From positions 1,957,196 through 2,021,195 of the forward strand of contig NC_069003.1 in NCBI RefSeq assembly GCF_001194135.2: a DNA stretch of 64,000 nt. The letters run 5' to 3'. The translations under genes and the position numbers were made by a program. Source of the stretch: Octopus bimaculoides (taxonomy: Eukaryota). How positions within the stretch are numbered: the first letter of the stretch is position 1; each line of letters opens with the position of its first letter. The notes under the pieces were generated by a model. That model saw nothing but the letters and a program-made list of their open reading frames with translations, did not search any database and was not told the DNA's origin. Shown here in pieces: positions 37,095-51,117 of the stretch.

Positions 37095-37260
37095 AAGAAA
37101 TATCAAAAGGAAAGGAATATTCAGCTGTTGGTTATAAACATTTGATGTCATCCACATGTAATGTAGAAGTTCAAAGATGTTTCTCACTAATGTTAGCAAC
37201 GAATGCATGCATGCGATAGAGTGAACCTCCATCTAATTGAATCTCTTTGATGTGTACTTC
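37095..37260 (+). mobile_element. Second hAT dimerisation-domain remnant, opposite orientation
   Basis: Reads EYSAVGYKHLMSSTCNVEVQRCFSLMLATNACMR*, resembling the SxAxVERxFSxM motif. Confidence 0.4.
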
Positions 37261-37501
37261 TTCATAAATTAACATAAATTAGCGTGTTAGTCCTGTAGTC
37301 GCATGCGCAGTATTAGGGTTGCACATCATGTCTTTATAATTTTGTGCATACACACACATAAATGCACACAGACACACACATATATATATATATATTTATA
37401 TATACAAACAGAAATGTATATGCACATACACACACATATATGTATATATATATACGCATACATAACACTTACATACACACATATACATATATATACATAT
37501 A

Positions 37502-37536
<35 letters not shown>

Positions 37537-38394
37537 TTGTGCAGGTTTTTTCCACACGCGCATGCATGCATTCACTGACTGTACTTCATATGCGCTTGTG
37601 TATATATGTATACATGAGTAAGTATGCGCGTGTGCGCGAGTGTGTGTGTGTGTGTGGAGAATATATAGAAATCTTGTACCCACAAAAAAATTGGATTCTT
37701 ATTTCTTTAACCCGAATGTCTTCCGGTCTGTTGGCGGAAAGATGAAGCAATAATTTAGAAACATTGTTGATATTCGGGTCAATTTCTTGTTGGTGATGGA
37801 GTTCATTAGTTTTGGTTTTAGTGGTAATGGTGCTAAGGACAACGCTGTTGTATTCGTGCTGTAATAGTTGTCTTTCCTGGTGAGGAAATTTAGATTGTGC
37901 CGATATTAGTATCAATTTTGTTCTTGCTGGTCACGGTTTTACTGCCACTGTTTCTATCAATATCTTTGTAGATGTTGTTCATATTGCTGGTGGTTTTACG
38001 CATTTTTCGACAAATTTCCTTAAACATTCCCGACCAACCTCATATACCAGGAAATGTCTCCAACAATAAAAGCTCGTTGCTACAGTAGGCTACGCCGTTC
38101 CATATATGACTGATGTGTGAATCACGATCTAAAAGACTCCACCATGTGGTGCTAGTAATTTAGACGTGGCCTGGGGTTATTCTGGCCGAAAACTATCTCA
38201 GTTATGAAAGTTACCTTAGTGGATACGCTGGAGAACTGGTGTCGCTGATATTGCAATAATGCTGTTGTTAATTGTTGTTGGTGGTGATCATAGGTGTAAT
38301 GCTCCTGCGGATATTAGTGGCGCTGGTGGTGGTGGTTTCTATGGTTAGTTCCGTTATTGTTACTGGTAATAATGTGGAAAGCTGGTAGACTCCT

Positions 38395-38530
38395 TCTGCG
38401 TTCAAATTCTGCTGTTGTCGATAGTACTTTACGGGATCGATAAATGTAATACCAGTCAAGCACTGGAGTCGATGTAATTCACTAGCCCCTTATTCAAAAT
38501 TTCAAACCTTGTCCCTTTGGCAGAAAGGGT
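38395..38530 (+). mobile_element. Degraded SINE family A
   Basis: TCTGCGTTCAAATTCTGCTGTTGTCGA...GATCGATAAATGTAATACCAGTCAAGCACTGGAGTCGATGTAAT. Confidence 0.7.
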
Positions 38531-38996
38531 TATTGTTTTTGGATAATACTGACAAGGTGCTGTCATTGATTTATTGTTAATGTTATTATTGTCTAAAACT
38601 AACTCCCTTGACCAAACTCATTTGTGCAATAAGCCCTTCTATCTCAACCTCTTTCCAAAGGGAATTTATCGGACTGTTTGCCTTATGAGTTCGTTCCAGA
38701 TGTAATTTGATGTGAGCTCTTTGATTCCTATTTCTTGTATGCCAAGATATTCTGTAGAGGCTTCCACGTTGTCTCTTGCAGATGGTTGTCTTGTTTCTCT
38801 TGTTTACACCAGACGTTTTTTCAACTATGATTTGAATATAGATCAATTTGTTTAGCAGAATTTCCATTTATATTATTAAAACTTGCTAGCTTTTTTCATT
38901 AGAATATCTTATTGCTATACAGAAAATACAGAGCAATTTACACACAATATGTGTGTATGTGTGTGGGGTGTATACATATGTGTGTGTATCTATCTA

Positions 38997-39041
<45 letters not shown>

Positions 39042-40561
39042 NNNNNNNNNNNNNNNNNNNNNNNNNNNNNNNNNNNNNNNNNNNNNNNNNNNNNNNNNNN
39101 NNNNNNNNNNNNNNNNNNNNNNNNNNNNNNNNNNNNNNNNNNNNNNNNNNNNNNNNNNNNNNNNNNNNNNNNNNNNNNNNNNNNNNNNNNNNNNNNNNNN
39201 NNNNNNNNNNNNNNNNNNNNNNNNNNNNNNNNNNNNNNNNNNNNNNNNNNNNNNNNNNNNNNNNNNNNNNNNNNNNNNNNNNNNNNNNNNNNNNNNNNNN
39301 NNNNNNNNNNNNNNNNNNNNNNNNNNNNNNNNNNNNNNNNNNNNNNNNNNNNNNNNNNNNNNNNNNNNNNNNNNNNNNNNNNNNNNNNNNNNNNNNNNNN
39401 NNNNNNNNNNNNNNNNNNNNNNNNNNNNNNNNNNNNNNNNNNNNNNNNNNNNNNNNNNNNNNNNNNNNNNNNNNNNNNNNNNNNNNNNNNNNNNNNNNNN
39501 NNNNNNNNNNNNNNNNNNNNNNNNNNNNNNNNNNNNNNNNNNNNNNNNNNNNNNNNNNNNNNNNNNNNNNNNNNNNNNNNNNNNNNNNNNNNNNNNNTAT
39601 ATATATATATATATATATTAGTAAACCATAGCATTCATAGATAGAATTATACTAAATGGCATCGCATAGAAAAATGCATTGATTGGGGAATAAAAGATAA
39701 AAGAAGAACAGCGAGATGAGTTGTACGTTGCTTATTATGAGAACATTGTGGCCTTTAACAAAAAGAAGCTCATATATATGATAGAATGTTTCAATGTGAC
39801 AACTTTTCAAAGGATGCTATTTCTCAGCTAATATTTGGAACAAAAATTAAATGAACTTAGGTGAGAATGTTACACGCTGTCAATTAGAAATGTAAGAATT
39901 TGAGAAAAAAAACAAACTGTGTAATCATTAGAAAAGGATAAACGTAAAATAACTTTGTACACTCAGTAATGATCGTTCATGTGAGTATAATTTTACAATT
40001 AATTCGATTAAGCAGATTATAATTGATCACGTTCTCGCTATGGAGGAAACCTTTTATATATACATCTTCCACGCGGCAGAAACATCTGTGAATGAGATTT
40101 ATTTTAGGAATAAAAGAAGCGTCGAAACATCATAACCGATGTTTGCTTATTCTCATGATAAGATAATTCATTTTCTTTGAAAGCTGAATCGAATCTGAAG
40201 AGCTGCCTTGCGATTCAAGTTTTATACACGAATTTTCAAAAGATAAACTTGGGAAACTTTGGTTGAATAGGAAATCAAAACCTCCTTTTGTCAGATCCAG
40301 AAAAGGAAAGCCCCTCCTCATTTACTTTCTCCATATTTGTTTATATCAGCATTTTGATATTTATCAGGAATCAAGATGAAATATCATTCAGTAATAAAAA
40401 ACGTAGAAATTTGAACAGCAAAGTAGACAATCGCCAGGCCAGAAGTTTGTTGCAAAGTGTCGGAACGCTATAATTCCCTTGAAAATATTCGTAGAATTTA
40501 GAGGCGACGTGCTGGCAGAAACGTTAGCATACCCAACTACACTTACATACCTAACGACTTA

Positions 40562-40756
40562 ATTTTTTTTATTAACCACACAGGGTCGAAACACAGAGGG
40601 AACAACACAAGGACAGAAAAAACACAAACTTGGAGGAAAAATAAAATCGAATGGAAAGAATGGTACTGATAAATCAAACGGTGGAATGACGTCTGCTCGA
40701 ACACCGCACTCCAGTTAGCGTCATTGAACGTTTTTAGAAAAAAAAGAAAAATTGAC
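40562..40756 (-). mobile_element. 3' end of a second L1/Tx1-like element, next to a SINE A head at 40503-40535
   Basis: TTATTAACCACACAGGGTCGAAACACAGAGGGAACAACACAA aligns by eye with TTATTTAGCCACGCAGGGCTTAACACAGATGGGACAATACAA at 20096-20140. Short poly(A) on the minus strand. Runs into a gap. Confidence 0.6.
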
Positions 40757-41096
40757 NNNNNNNNNNNNNNNNNNNNNNNNNNNNNNNNNNNNNNNNNNNN
40801 NNNNNNNNNNNNNNNNNNNNNNNNNNNNNNNNNNNNNNNNNNNNNNNNNNNNNNNNNNNNNNNNNNNNNNNNNNNNNNNNNNNNNNNNNNNNNNNNNNNN
40901 NNNNNNNNNNNNNNNNNNNNNNNNNNNNNNNNNNNNNNNNNNNNNNNNNNNNNNNNNNNNNNNNNNNNNNNNNNNNNNNNNNNNNNNNNNNNNNNNNNNN
41001 NNNNNNNNNNNNNNNNNNNNNNNNNNNNNNNNNNNNNNNNNNNNNNNNNNNNNNNNNNNNNNNNNNNNNNNNNNNNNNNNNNNNNNNNNNNNNNNN

Positions 41097-41670
41097 TGGT
41101 ATGCGGATGATTATCAAAAAATTGTGCTCCCGAGTTCTGTAGGCAACAATCTTGAATGACCCGGTCGCTGGCTAAGACATACTTATAATTCCCATGTCCC
41201 TTATCCACTCCGATACGATCTACAAGTTTAAACAGATGCAATTTCCCATCAAACTCTGCTTTCCCATGACAATCAACAAGGCGCAGGAACAATCAGTGCA
41301 AACGGTTGGTTTGAATCTGACAGAGAAAGTATTCTCACACGCACAACTGTACGTTGGCTGTCCCCATGATCTTTCTATTTGTGCACCCGAGGGAAGGACG
41401 AAGAATGTTGTCTACCAAAAGGCACTGCAATGATAACAACGGCAACTTCAACAGCTCCAATTTCAACTCCGCAATTTTTTCATCGTCCTGCCAGCCCACG
41501 TGAGTCCAGTCTTGCTTTGCTCTCCTTACTAACTCACCAAGACATTCTTTTTTTTCTATCAAGATCCCGCGCCCAAACACCACTTCGTATCCACATCTTC
41601 CTCTTTTTTATGTCTTCGTTTCTCTCTTGGCGTCGTTCTCTGACCGGGTGAAACCGGGCTTAGCTGCTAG
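41097..41670 (+). mobile_element. Helitron 3' end: PIF1-like helicase C-terminus (pseudogene), subterminal hairpin and CTAG terminus
   Basis: In frame from 41098: GMRMIIKKLCSRVL*ATILNDPVAG*DILIIPMSLIHSDTIYKFKQMQFPIKLCFPMTINKAQEQSVQTVGLNLTEKVFSHAQLYVGC...EGRTKNVVYQKALQ* (QFP...MTINKSQGQ...FSHGQLYV motifs; stops at 41140 and 41173). ACCGGGTGAAACCGGGC hairpin at 41643-41659, then CTAG|T at 41667-41671. Confidence 0.93.
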
Positions 41671-42150
41671 TTATGCAACAAAGAATAGATTATATAAACA
41701 CACTGTGTGCATACATATACATATATCCATACATTCATAAATACATACATGCCTATATGCATACATACAAACATGCATGTATGCATACATACATACATAC
41801 ATACATACATACATGCAAACACTCACACACATGAGGATATGAGAAGGAGCAGCGATAAAGGTAGTAGCTACTTTCGAATAAACGACCAATAAATCGTAAT
41901 AAAATGTTGAGAATAAATATTTATTTATTAATTTTAATGATTCGTGACAAATTGCAATTTGTTTCGTTCGGTAAATTCGAAAGAACGAAAGAAATTCCAA
42001 TTTATCACGAACCATTATAATTTACATTCACGTATATAGATAAACATACACACGCATATACGTTCATAGACACAAGCATTTATATCCACACACACACACA
42101 TATGTATACAAATACATGCAAGCGCACACACACGCACACATATATATTTA

Positions 42151-42201
<51 letters not shown>

Positions 42202-42267
42202 ATATACATATATAAACATGTATATATCTACATATATGCATATATATTTGTATGCATATAATGTGTA

Positions 42268-42338
<71 letters not shown>

Positions 42339-42361
42339 NNNNNNNNNNCATATAATGTGTA

Positions 42362-42398
<37 letters not shown>

Positions 42399-44082
42399 GC
42401 ATGTATGTATGTGTGTATATACGACTGTGTATATACATATGATATGTGTAATGCGATTGAACAATTCCTAGTTTCCACGTATACCACGCGGTACTTCTAG
42501 TAACTTGGCCAGTAAAAAATTAACTAAGAGGATACTGGTTCACACTACTGTGTAGCAGGATGTGTAACTGAACTAGAAATCCTGACTACGAATTGTATCA
42601 GTAAAATAATCGTCTACCTATGTACGACATACACCTACCAGTCTGTCTGACTGTCTATCTATTTATCTGTATGTCTATCTATCTATATGTCAGTCTTTGT
42701 ATCTATATATCTATAAATGTGAACAATATATATGAAGAAGTATATGTAGTAGCAACGATGCTTATGCATACCAACAGTGTGGCTGTAGGGAAGTAGATAA
42801 GCAAAGCATTCTGCATACTAAATACAAATCCGACAAAGTCTCACATATTTAATATAGTAAGACGGAAAACATCGATAGACACAGATTATCGAAGCAATTA
42901 ATAAAGAAACTTCTTATTTAAGTGTGTAAGTGTCTAAGAAATATACGAAATAATGACAACAGGCCAAATGAAATCAATAAATTAGAATGTGGGAAATATA
43001 TATATATATATANNNNNNNNNNNNNNNNNNNNNNNNNNNNNNNNNNNNNNNNNNNNNNNNNNNNNNNNNNNNNNNNNNNNNNNNNNNNNNNNNNNNNNNN
43101 NNNNNNNNNNNNNNNNNNNNNNNNNNNNNNNNNNNNNNNNNNNNNNNNNNNNNNNNNNNNNNNNNNNNNNNNNNNNNNNNNNNNNNNNNNNNNNNNNNNN
43201 NNNNNNNNNNNNNNNNNNNNNNNNNNNNNNNNNNNNNNNNNNNNNNNNNNNNNNNNNNNNNNNNNNNNNNNNNNNNNNNNNNNNNNNNNNNNNNNNNNNN
43301 NNNNNNNNNNNNNNNNNNNNNNNNNNNNNNNNNNNNNNNNNNNNNNNNNNNNNNNNNNNNNNNNNNNNNNNNNNNNNNNNNNNNNNNNNNNNNNNNNNNN
43401 NNNNNNNNNNNNNNNNNNNNNNNNNNNNNNNNNNNNNNNNNNNNNNNNNNNNNNNNNNNNNNNNNNNNNNNNNNNNNNNNNNNNNNNNNNNNNNNATATA
43501 TATATATACATACATTTATACATACATACATGCCTGCATGCATGCACACACATATTCGAGCACATTAAGACACACAGAGTGTATTTAAAGTTTGAGAAAA
43601 CCTTGGTTCTACGTCACCACGTTAAAGCTACACTTACAATAAGCACAAGTGTGTAAGACCTACGTGTGAAAAAAGACCCGTGGTTGCATATATATCATTG
43701 TTAATCTGGTGAATTGTAATCTACAGCGTGTTATGTTTCCTCTTCTATCATTGAGATAAAATATACGAAATGAAAAAAAAAAAAGAACTGTAAGAAGATT
43801 AATAAGAATTTATTGAAAGCTTTAGGGATTAACTCTGTAGGTTGGCTAGATTGAATTCTTCGGCTTTAGATTGACGTCGTGTTTATTTATATATGTGTTT
43901 ACATGTGCCTGGTAGTGTGTCTGCTTTATCTATGTATATATAAGTATACATACATAGATATAGATGTATATACACATGAATATGTATATTGCTAAGTCTA
44001 CGTGTGTGTGAGTAAATGAAGATTTATATATGCATATATGCATTTATGCATATAATTCCCTATATATATGTATATACATATG

Positions 44083-44135
<53 letters not shown>

Positions 44136-45830
44136 GTATGGTTGGATAGATAAATATCGATATATATTAAGTATACATGCATACGTGTATTGATTTATAT
44201 GCATATAATATGTAAATGAATATGGGTTTATAGAAATGTATATACGTGGTATCTATAGATATATGCATGGATATACCTACACACACACATACACACACAT
44301 ATAAATGGTCACAGATTTTTAGGAATATAAATTTACATGTGTGCCTCTATACTTCGAAGGATATTGATATGTCATCTGCTGAAGGTGCTCGTGTATTAAT
44401 TATAATTTGTTATAATTAATTACATTCTATTTTTTGTGTCTCCTTCAAAAGAATCAAAGAAAGTAAGAAAATAGACTCAGTTCCTGCTCATAGTCTTGGA
44501 TTATTGCAACCGCAGAGTAAGATTGCTTGCATGGAATAATTTCATTTCGTGCCTGCCGAATGATATCATTCATTGTGACCAAGATTTTATAGATTGCCAT
44601 GTGTATACAATAGACAATGTTCCACATGTCTGATATACATCAACCGAGCTAAGAATTGTTTACGATGGAAGTGAATTACTTTCAAGAGTTCTTAGTATGG
44701 AATTAACGAGTTGTTATCTATCGACTATAATCATAGGCACTCGAATCCGTAACCAATATTCTATTCTAATCATCGCCGATCTCACTTAGTTCAGCATGGG
44801 CAATTACTATTCCTGGATTATAGTTTTTTTTTCTCTTGAATAACTAAATCACAAATAAAGAAGAAGTGCGCCACATGAAAAGTAATGTGTCCGCAAACAA
44901 GTGGCATTGTTTCCTCTCACCCGTAAATAGGTTTGGAGAAAAATAATGTTTTCAATATACTTGATACGTTGTTCAGTATAGACTTCTCTGATATATTTGA
45001 TAAGTGGAGACTTGGCTATTATTTCTAGCTCAGTGGGTGACTGTGACTGATGACAAAAATGGTTACGAATAAGCAGTATTCCTCTTTTCTTTACCATGAA
45101 TTTTCTCCCAGCTTCTTTACATCCGCATTTGCGCATTTAAAATCTTCAGAGAAGGTGATTGAACTTACTGGATAATCAATTAATTAGTTCAAAGGGAGCC
45201 TTTAGAAACATTATGAATCCCACGTTCATTATTCCAATCATTTCTTTTTTTTCATTTCATCAATAATTACGTACTTGCTTGACAATTGTCAGAATTTATC
45301 TTTAACAAATCGTTTAAGGATGCGTTTCGCCAAGATCTAAGATGCTGTGTATTAATATTGTCAATTGTCATGGAATTCATGGGTTGAAGCTGTATACGAT
45401 TCTGTTTTATGGAATCAAAGAATACAAATATAAAATGAAAACTGCACAAAATTAAAACAGATTAAATATATTTGAATTAATTTAAAATTTGAAATGAAGT
45501 CTCTCACGCCTCATTACTTAACGCTCTCTTGTTCATATAGTTTTAAAAAAATGTTCTCATTCAATATCAGTATATATCTGCGAATCATTTGGCCAGATGC
45601 AGATATGCAGAAACAGTTCGATTGAAGTTACGAAGTTCTTAGTTCAGTCTTGTGTCGATACATTCGTGAAGCGCAGGTTTCAAAGCTATAAATTGATTTA
45701 ATTTTCCGATAGGGTTAGAAGAGGATATTTAGTTCATCATACATACTTATACAATATATACATATATATTGTCACAAAAACATAACAAACTATAGTAATC
45801 TATCTACGGAACATCACAACGTAGTTAAGA

Positions 45831-45902
<72 letters not shown>

Positions 45903-46053
45903 CATCATCGTCATCACCATCATCACTATCATCATCATCGTCATCGTCATCGTCATCGGCATCATCATCATCATCATCATCATCATCNNNNNNNNNNNNN
46001 NNNNNNNNNNNNNNNNNNNNNNNNNNNNNNNNNNNNNNNNNNNNNNNNNNNNN

Positions 46054-46120
<67 letters not shown>

Positions 46121-46741
46121 CACATACAATAATATATTTATTATTTATACCTCACTATGTATATATGTGTGAGTGTGTGTGTGTGTGTGTACATACATGC
46201 ATAAATTCATACATATATACATAAATGTAACGTACATACAACGATTTGTATACATGCTTTTTTAGAAGATCATGTGTAGAAATGTATTGACTCGCGCTTA
46301 TGTATTTGTTTGTATATCTAACCATGTTAATGTGAGTCTCCACATTCTATGATATAATTTATACACGATATCATAATATCACTTCCGGCTTTCTTTACAG
46401 TATGAAACAGGAAGTCTATAGCACACAGTTCCAACACAATGTTAATTACGTGAGTATTTCTATGAAATCCATTCACACATGTTATTCAATAGTGTTCGAA
46501 TAATTTGCGTTGTGACTATCCCATTGAATTTATCTGCGGCTACATAGAATATTGTGTAAGAGAGAGTGAGAGAGAGACAAAGAAAGAGAGACAGACAGAC
46601 AGTGAAAGAGGCAGCGTGTTAAACAGTCAGAGAGACAGACAGATAGTGAGAGTGTGTTCTTGAAGATGCCGGTTGCATGAAAGTAAAGTTTGTAGATTCA
46701 AGGCAAGGTAGTATCATGTAATAGAATGCATGTACGGCGCT

Positions 46742-46912
46742 GGCGTGGCTGTGTGGTAAGAAGCTTGCTTCCCAAATGACATGGTCGCGTGTTCAGTCAC
46801 ACTGTGTGGCACCTTGGGTAAGTGTCTTCTGCTAGAACGTCGGGCTGACTAAAGACTTGTGAGTAGATGTGGAAGACAAAAACGAAAGAAGCCCGTCCCA
46901 TATGGGTGTGTG
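46742..46912 (+). mobile_element. SINE family B 5' half
   Basis: GGCGTGGCTGTGTGGTAAGAAGCTTGCTTCCCAAATGACATGGTCGCGTGTTCAGTCACACTGTGTGGCACCTTGGGTAAGTGTCTTC...GAAAGAAGCCCGTC then (GT)n. Confidence 0.9.
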
Positions 46913-47231
46913 TGCGCGCGCTTTAATAACTACATATTTTCAGAGAGAGGGAGAGAACTTGAGATATTGATAAATATATCGATATATAGCTAGATGTAGA
47001 CTGACATACAGATTGATAGATGGCGAGAGAGAAAGAGGAGTAGAAAGTGTAAGAGAGAGAAGGAGTAGAAAGAAAGAGAGAAAGTAAAATGTAAATATGA
47101 ATAGTTAGATAAGCATTGTTAGATAAGCGAATAGCTAGTTAGATCTCTAGCTTGATAAACAGACCACTCATATTAAGGCGGTAAAAATATTATTGTTGTA
47201 ACTCTGAAGATGTATCACCTATGTCACCCCA

Positions 47232-47276
<45 letters not shown>

Positions 47277-47495
47277 TTCTGCATTTATTTCTTTTAAATC
47301 TGTTTATCGAAGAGCGTGGTCCGAAACGTGGAACAAATTTCCATTTTTCTTAAGCGTTAAAGTAATAATCTACTTATTCTTACCCCACTTACCTTTTTTT
47401 TGTTTGTTTTCTATACATTTAAACATACATACACATACACACACACACACACATTTAGATGTACGAGAGCTACTGTAGACAGGTAGAGAGATAGG

Positions 47496-47543
<48 letters not shown>

Positions 47544-47942
47544 CTGTGAGACAGAATTACATTTTGGTTGCATCACCTTGCTAGAGAATAAGTTCTCGTC
47601 TTTTGGTTTAGAATAGAGAACCGCATGTTTTGCATGTCCAGCAAGTTTCCAACTCAGGAAATAATATCAGACTCTATGGCACGTATAAGAAAAGAAAACG
47701 TGGACACGTTTAACTGGGAAATTGAAAACGTATAACATCTTAGAAAAGAACAATATCTTTACAAGTACAGAACGAATACACAGAAATAGACACGTTGCAA
47801 TCATACACAAATACACATATACACGCATTATGCATATATATATACATGCATACATACACCCACATACACCCATACATATGCATATACATACATACAGCTC
47901 ATATGATTAATAGTGGCATAATGGTACACCCGTTATACAGCA

Positions 47943-48012
<70 letters not shown>

Positions 48013-48369
48013 TATATATTATGTATATAAGCAAATATACATAGAAATATACATGTGTAGATATTGTTGTATATATACATACATATATGTATATAGGAAT
48101 TTCTGTATGTGCGCGTGTGTTTATGTCATTTCGTTCATAGCGTAGGGAAAAGAGTCTGCAATTTTCCTAAAGTAATCCATACTGAAGGAGTAGAGATAAA
48201 TATGTAAGTTTATTTGCAGCTTGCTGATAAGTATTGAACTAGGATTATAAGTAAAAGAAGAGAAATATTAATATACGCATAAGTTCGTATATACATACAT
48301 ACATACGAAAATGCGTCCATGCGTAAGATCGTATGGATTTGTGTACACATAGTTTTGTGATTTGCTGGC

Positions 48370-48431
<62 letters not shown>

Positions 48432-49516
48432 ATACATTTATTGTCTAGATACATATACATTTTACATGTATGCGTAGAAAGACACCCATTCACATGCGAA
48501 TAATATGTATATATGTATGTATGTATTTATATATATGTATGTATATGTATTAATATACATACACATTATATCAGACTCCATATATGTATGTGTATGTGCG
48601 TTTATGTTTCCCAACATTTCCTGGAAGCCCAATAGACCACGTTAGACTTGTGGTTTGCTCCACAAATCTGATTGATATGTCGGCAAAATCTTTAAAAATT
48701 CAGTTCTTATAGAAATAAATTCTTGGGGATAAAAGCTCTGATCCCTTGATGACGCATTTCTCTAAGAAATAGCCGATCGATAAACATCAACGTTGAATTA
48801 AATCATTGAAAATTACTCCTGACATGTTGCCTTGATAAGTAAATAGAAATGAACAGAAATCAATTGAAGATATATTGCTGCAACTTGTATGAATTCCTAG
48901 TAGGGTATTTACACAAAAGTCATGTTTAATATATAAAAATATATTGAAGTTGGTTTTAGTATAAAAGAAAACACGAACTTTATAACATCTGGAACGTTAC
49001 AAATGCATATAAATGCAGATACTGACAAATAGTGACAGCCTAAATATTATAAACATGTAAACGGTTACGTGTACACTAGAATTAGATTGTTCATGCTTTT
49101 ATATATGAATGTTTTCCCTAGCAATATATGTCCGTGTCCAGGGAAAATTCAAATAATATATTTATATTTCTTTTAGCACCCTATGTGTTTTGTATAATTT
49201 TCTCTACGTTTTATTCTTTAATTTCTTTCCATCTCTCTAGTGTTATATAATATCGATAGATAGATAGATAGATACGTAAATAGATAGATCGATAATTGGA
49301 TGGAGGAATACACAGACATATATAAATCCATATGCATACATGCATATTCATCTTATACATATGCGTAGACACATGTGTGTGTGTGTGTTATTGTATAAAG
49401 CTTTTGGAGCAAACTTCTTCACAGAAAATATGTGGGTTATATTTAAGCGGTAATGCATGTATTTCAATTAGTATGCTCACGAACACATATGAGTTTAAGT
49501 ATTTCCACACCTAAAC

Positions 49517-49730
49517 GGCTGCAGGCTGGTAGAATCGTTAGCACGCCGAACGATGTCTACCAGTATTTCGTCCGTCTTCACATTCTGCGTTCAAATTCCG
49601 CCAAGTCCAAATTTGCTCTCATTTATGTCGAGATTCGATAAGAGAAGTACCATTTTGACACTGGGTCCGATATCATCGGTTTTCTTCCTCCCCTGATCAC
49701 GCTGGACATGTGCCAGTATTTGAAGCCAAA
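49517..49730 (+). mobile_element. SINE family A, degraded full length
   Basis: GGCTGGTAGAATCGTTAGCACGCCGAAC...TTCTGCGTTCAAATTCCGCC. Confidence 0.8.
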
Positions 49731-50561
49731 ATTACACAATTCATACGCACACGTACACACACACACAGGGATACAGAAAGTGAAGACCTGATTAAATTGT
49801 TTCGTTTATTTTACTGTGACTTTATTTTATCGACCAAGTTGGCATGAAAGGGAAATTTGACCTCAGCCTTATCTGAAATTATTACCTAAAAAGGGGAGAT
49901 AAATCTCATCAGATATGCTTCTAAGTTTCCCAATTTCATTTTGTTCTATCGTATTTTATTTTTTTCTTTAGTCTTCCAGGATCTGATTCATGTTTCTAAT
50001 TTCTTTCTCTTTCACAAACCTAAAACAGCCATCTATTATTACCTTGAGCGTATTTTCGTTGCTTTGTGTTAAATTGTTCATATTCGCTTTTAGAAACAAA
50101 TCTCTCTCTACAACTGTCATTTATTCCTACATCTTCCATTTAGTCAATATATCCAAACGTCAAGAGAAAGCATGAAATTAATCGTACATAATTTTTCCAG
50201 AAATATTTAAAACTTACGGGCCAAAGAGAAGCCCCTTTGTTTGCCTATCTTTACATTTGAAATATTGAATGTATCTGTCTCCAATTTTATCTGTTTTTAT
50301 ACAACTGTTAATTCCGTTTATTATTTATCTGTTTCTTTTTTTTTCTTGTTTAAATAAGAATTTTTTTCAGTTTTATTTAAAGCTTTTCCAATTATTTTCT
50401 CACTTCTTTTTTCGAGTGCATCTGCTGCTGCCATAGCATTCGTATCGCGTTAAGATTCTCATTCATCAATTAAACGAGCTTCCTTACAAGAAGAAAAATC
50501 ACAACCATTACTGCTGCTGCTATTGTTGCTGCTACTACTATTAATATTGGTTTCAAATATT

Positions 50562-50715
50562 GCCACAAGGACAAGTTCGGGTTAAGTGGGGATTGGTTAG
50601 CCGGTACTTATTCTATCGACCTCGAAAGGACGAAAGGCAAAATTTACCTCGTCGGAATTTGAACGAAGTTCCGCTAAGATTTTTGCTCGGGGCAGTACCG
50701 ATTCTGCGAACTGTT
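50562..50715 (-). mobile_element. SINE family A, degraded
   Basis: GGTACTTATTCTATCGACCTCGAAAGGACGAAAGGCAAAATTTACCTCGTCGGAATTTGAAC is the reverse complement of the family A core. Confidence 0.75.
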
Positions 50716-51117
50716 GTAACTACATATCATGATAATAAATGTCTTTTATTTGTCATGTGACCATCAGATGGGAACGACATTTCAATGACAGTTTAGAATT
50801 GGTGCCGGAGATTTACGTAAAAAGATATGGGGGAGAAAGTGAGAGGAGTGGATGATTAACTAATAACTATACGTAGAATGCAAAATATGTGAAGAGGTGT
50901 ATAATGCAGATTTCTTGACATCTGAGTACCTCAAATAAGGACAAATAAAGGAACGCTATAGGTTCAGGTTTTCTCTGACCACTAAAAACATGAAAACTCT
51001 ACCAGCTGTTGTTTTGGAATCTACTGATGCAGGCTTAGTTTAGATGCATTCATTTTAATTCTATTTGCCGTTGTCGCCCAGTTACCACAAATTCTTGAGA
51101 AGAAGGCATTCCCTCTT

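Noticed and set aside
38586-38867. 93-aa minus-strand ORF, with EYLGIQE in another frame resembling an RT YLG motif
   Set aside because: Only one short motif and no supporting neighbours.
42250-42400. Duplicated CATATAATGTG(TA)nCA(TA)n on both sides of a 10-N gap
   Set aside because: Most likely overlapping contig ends or allelic microsatellite lengths, an assembly artefact.
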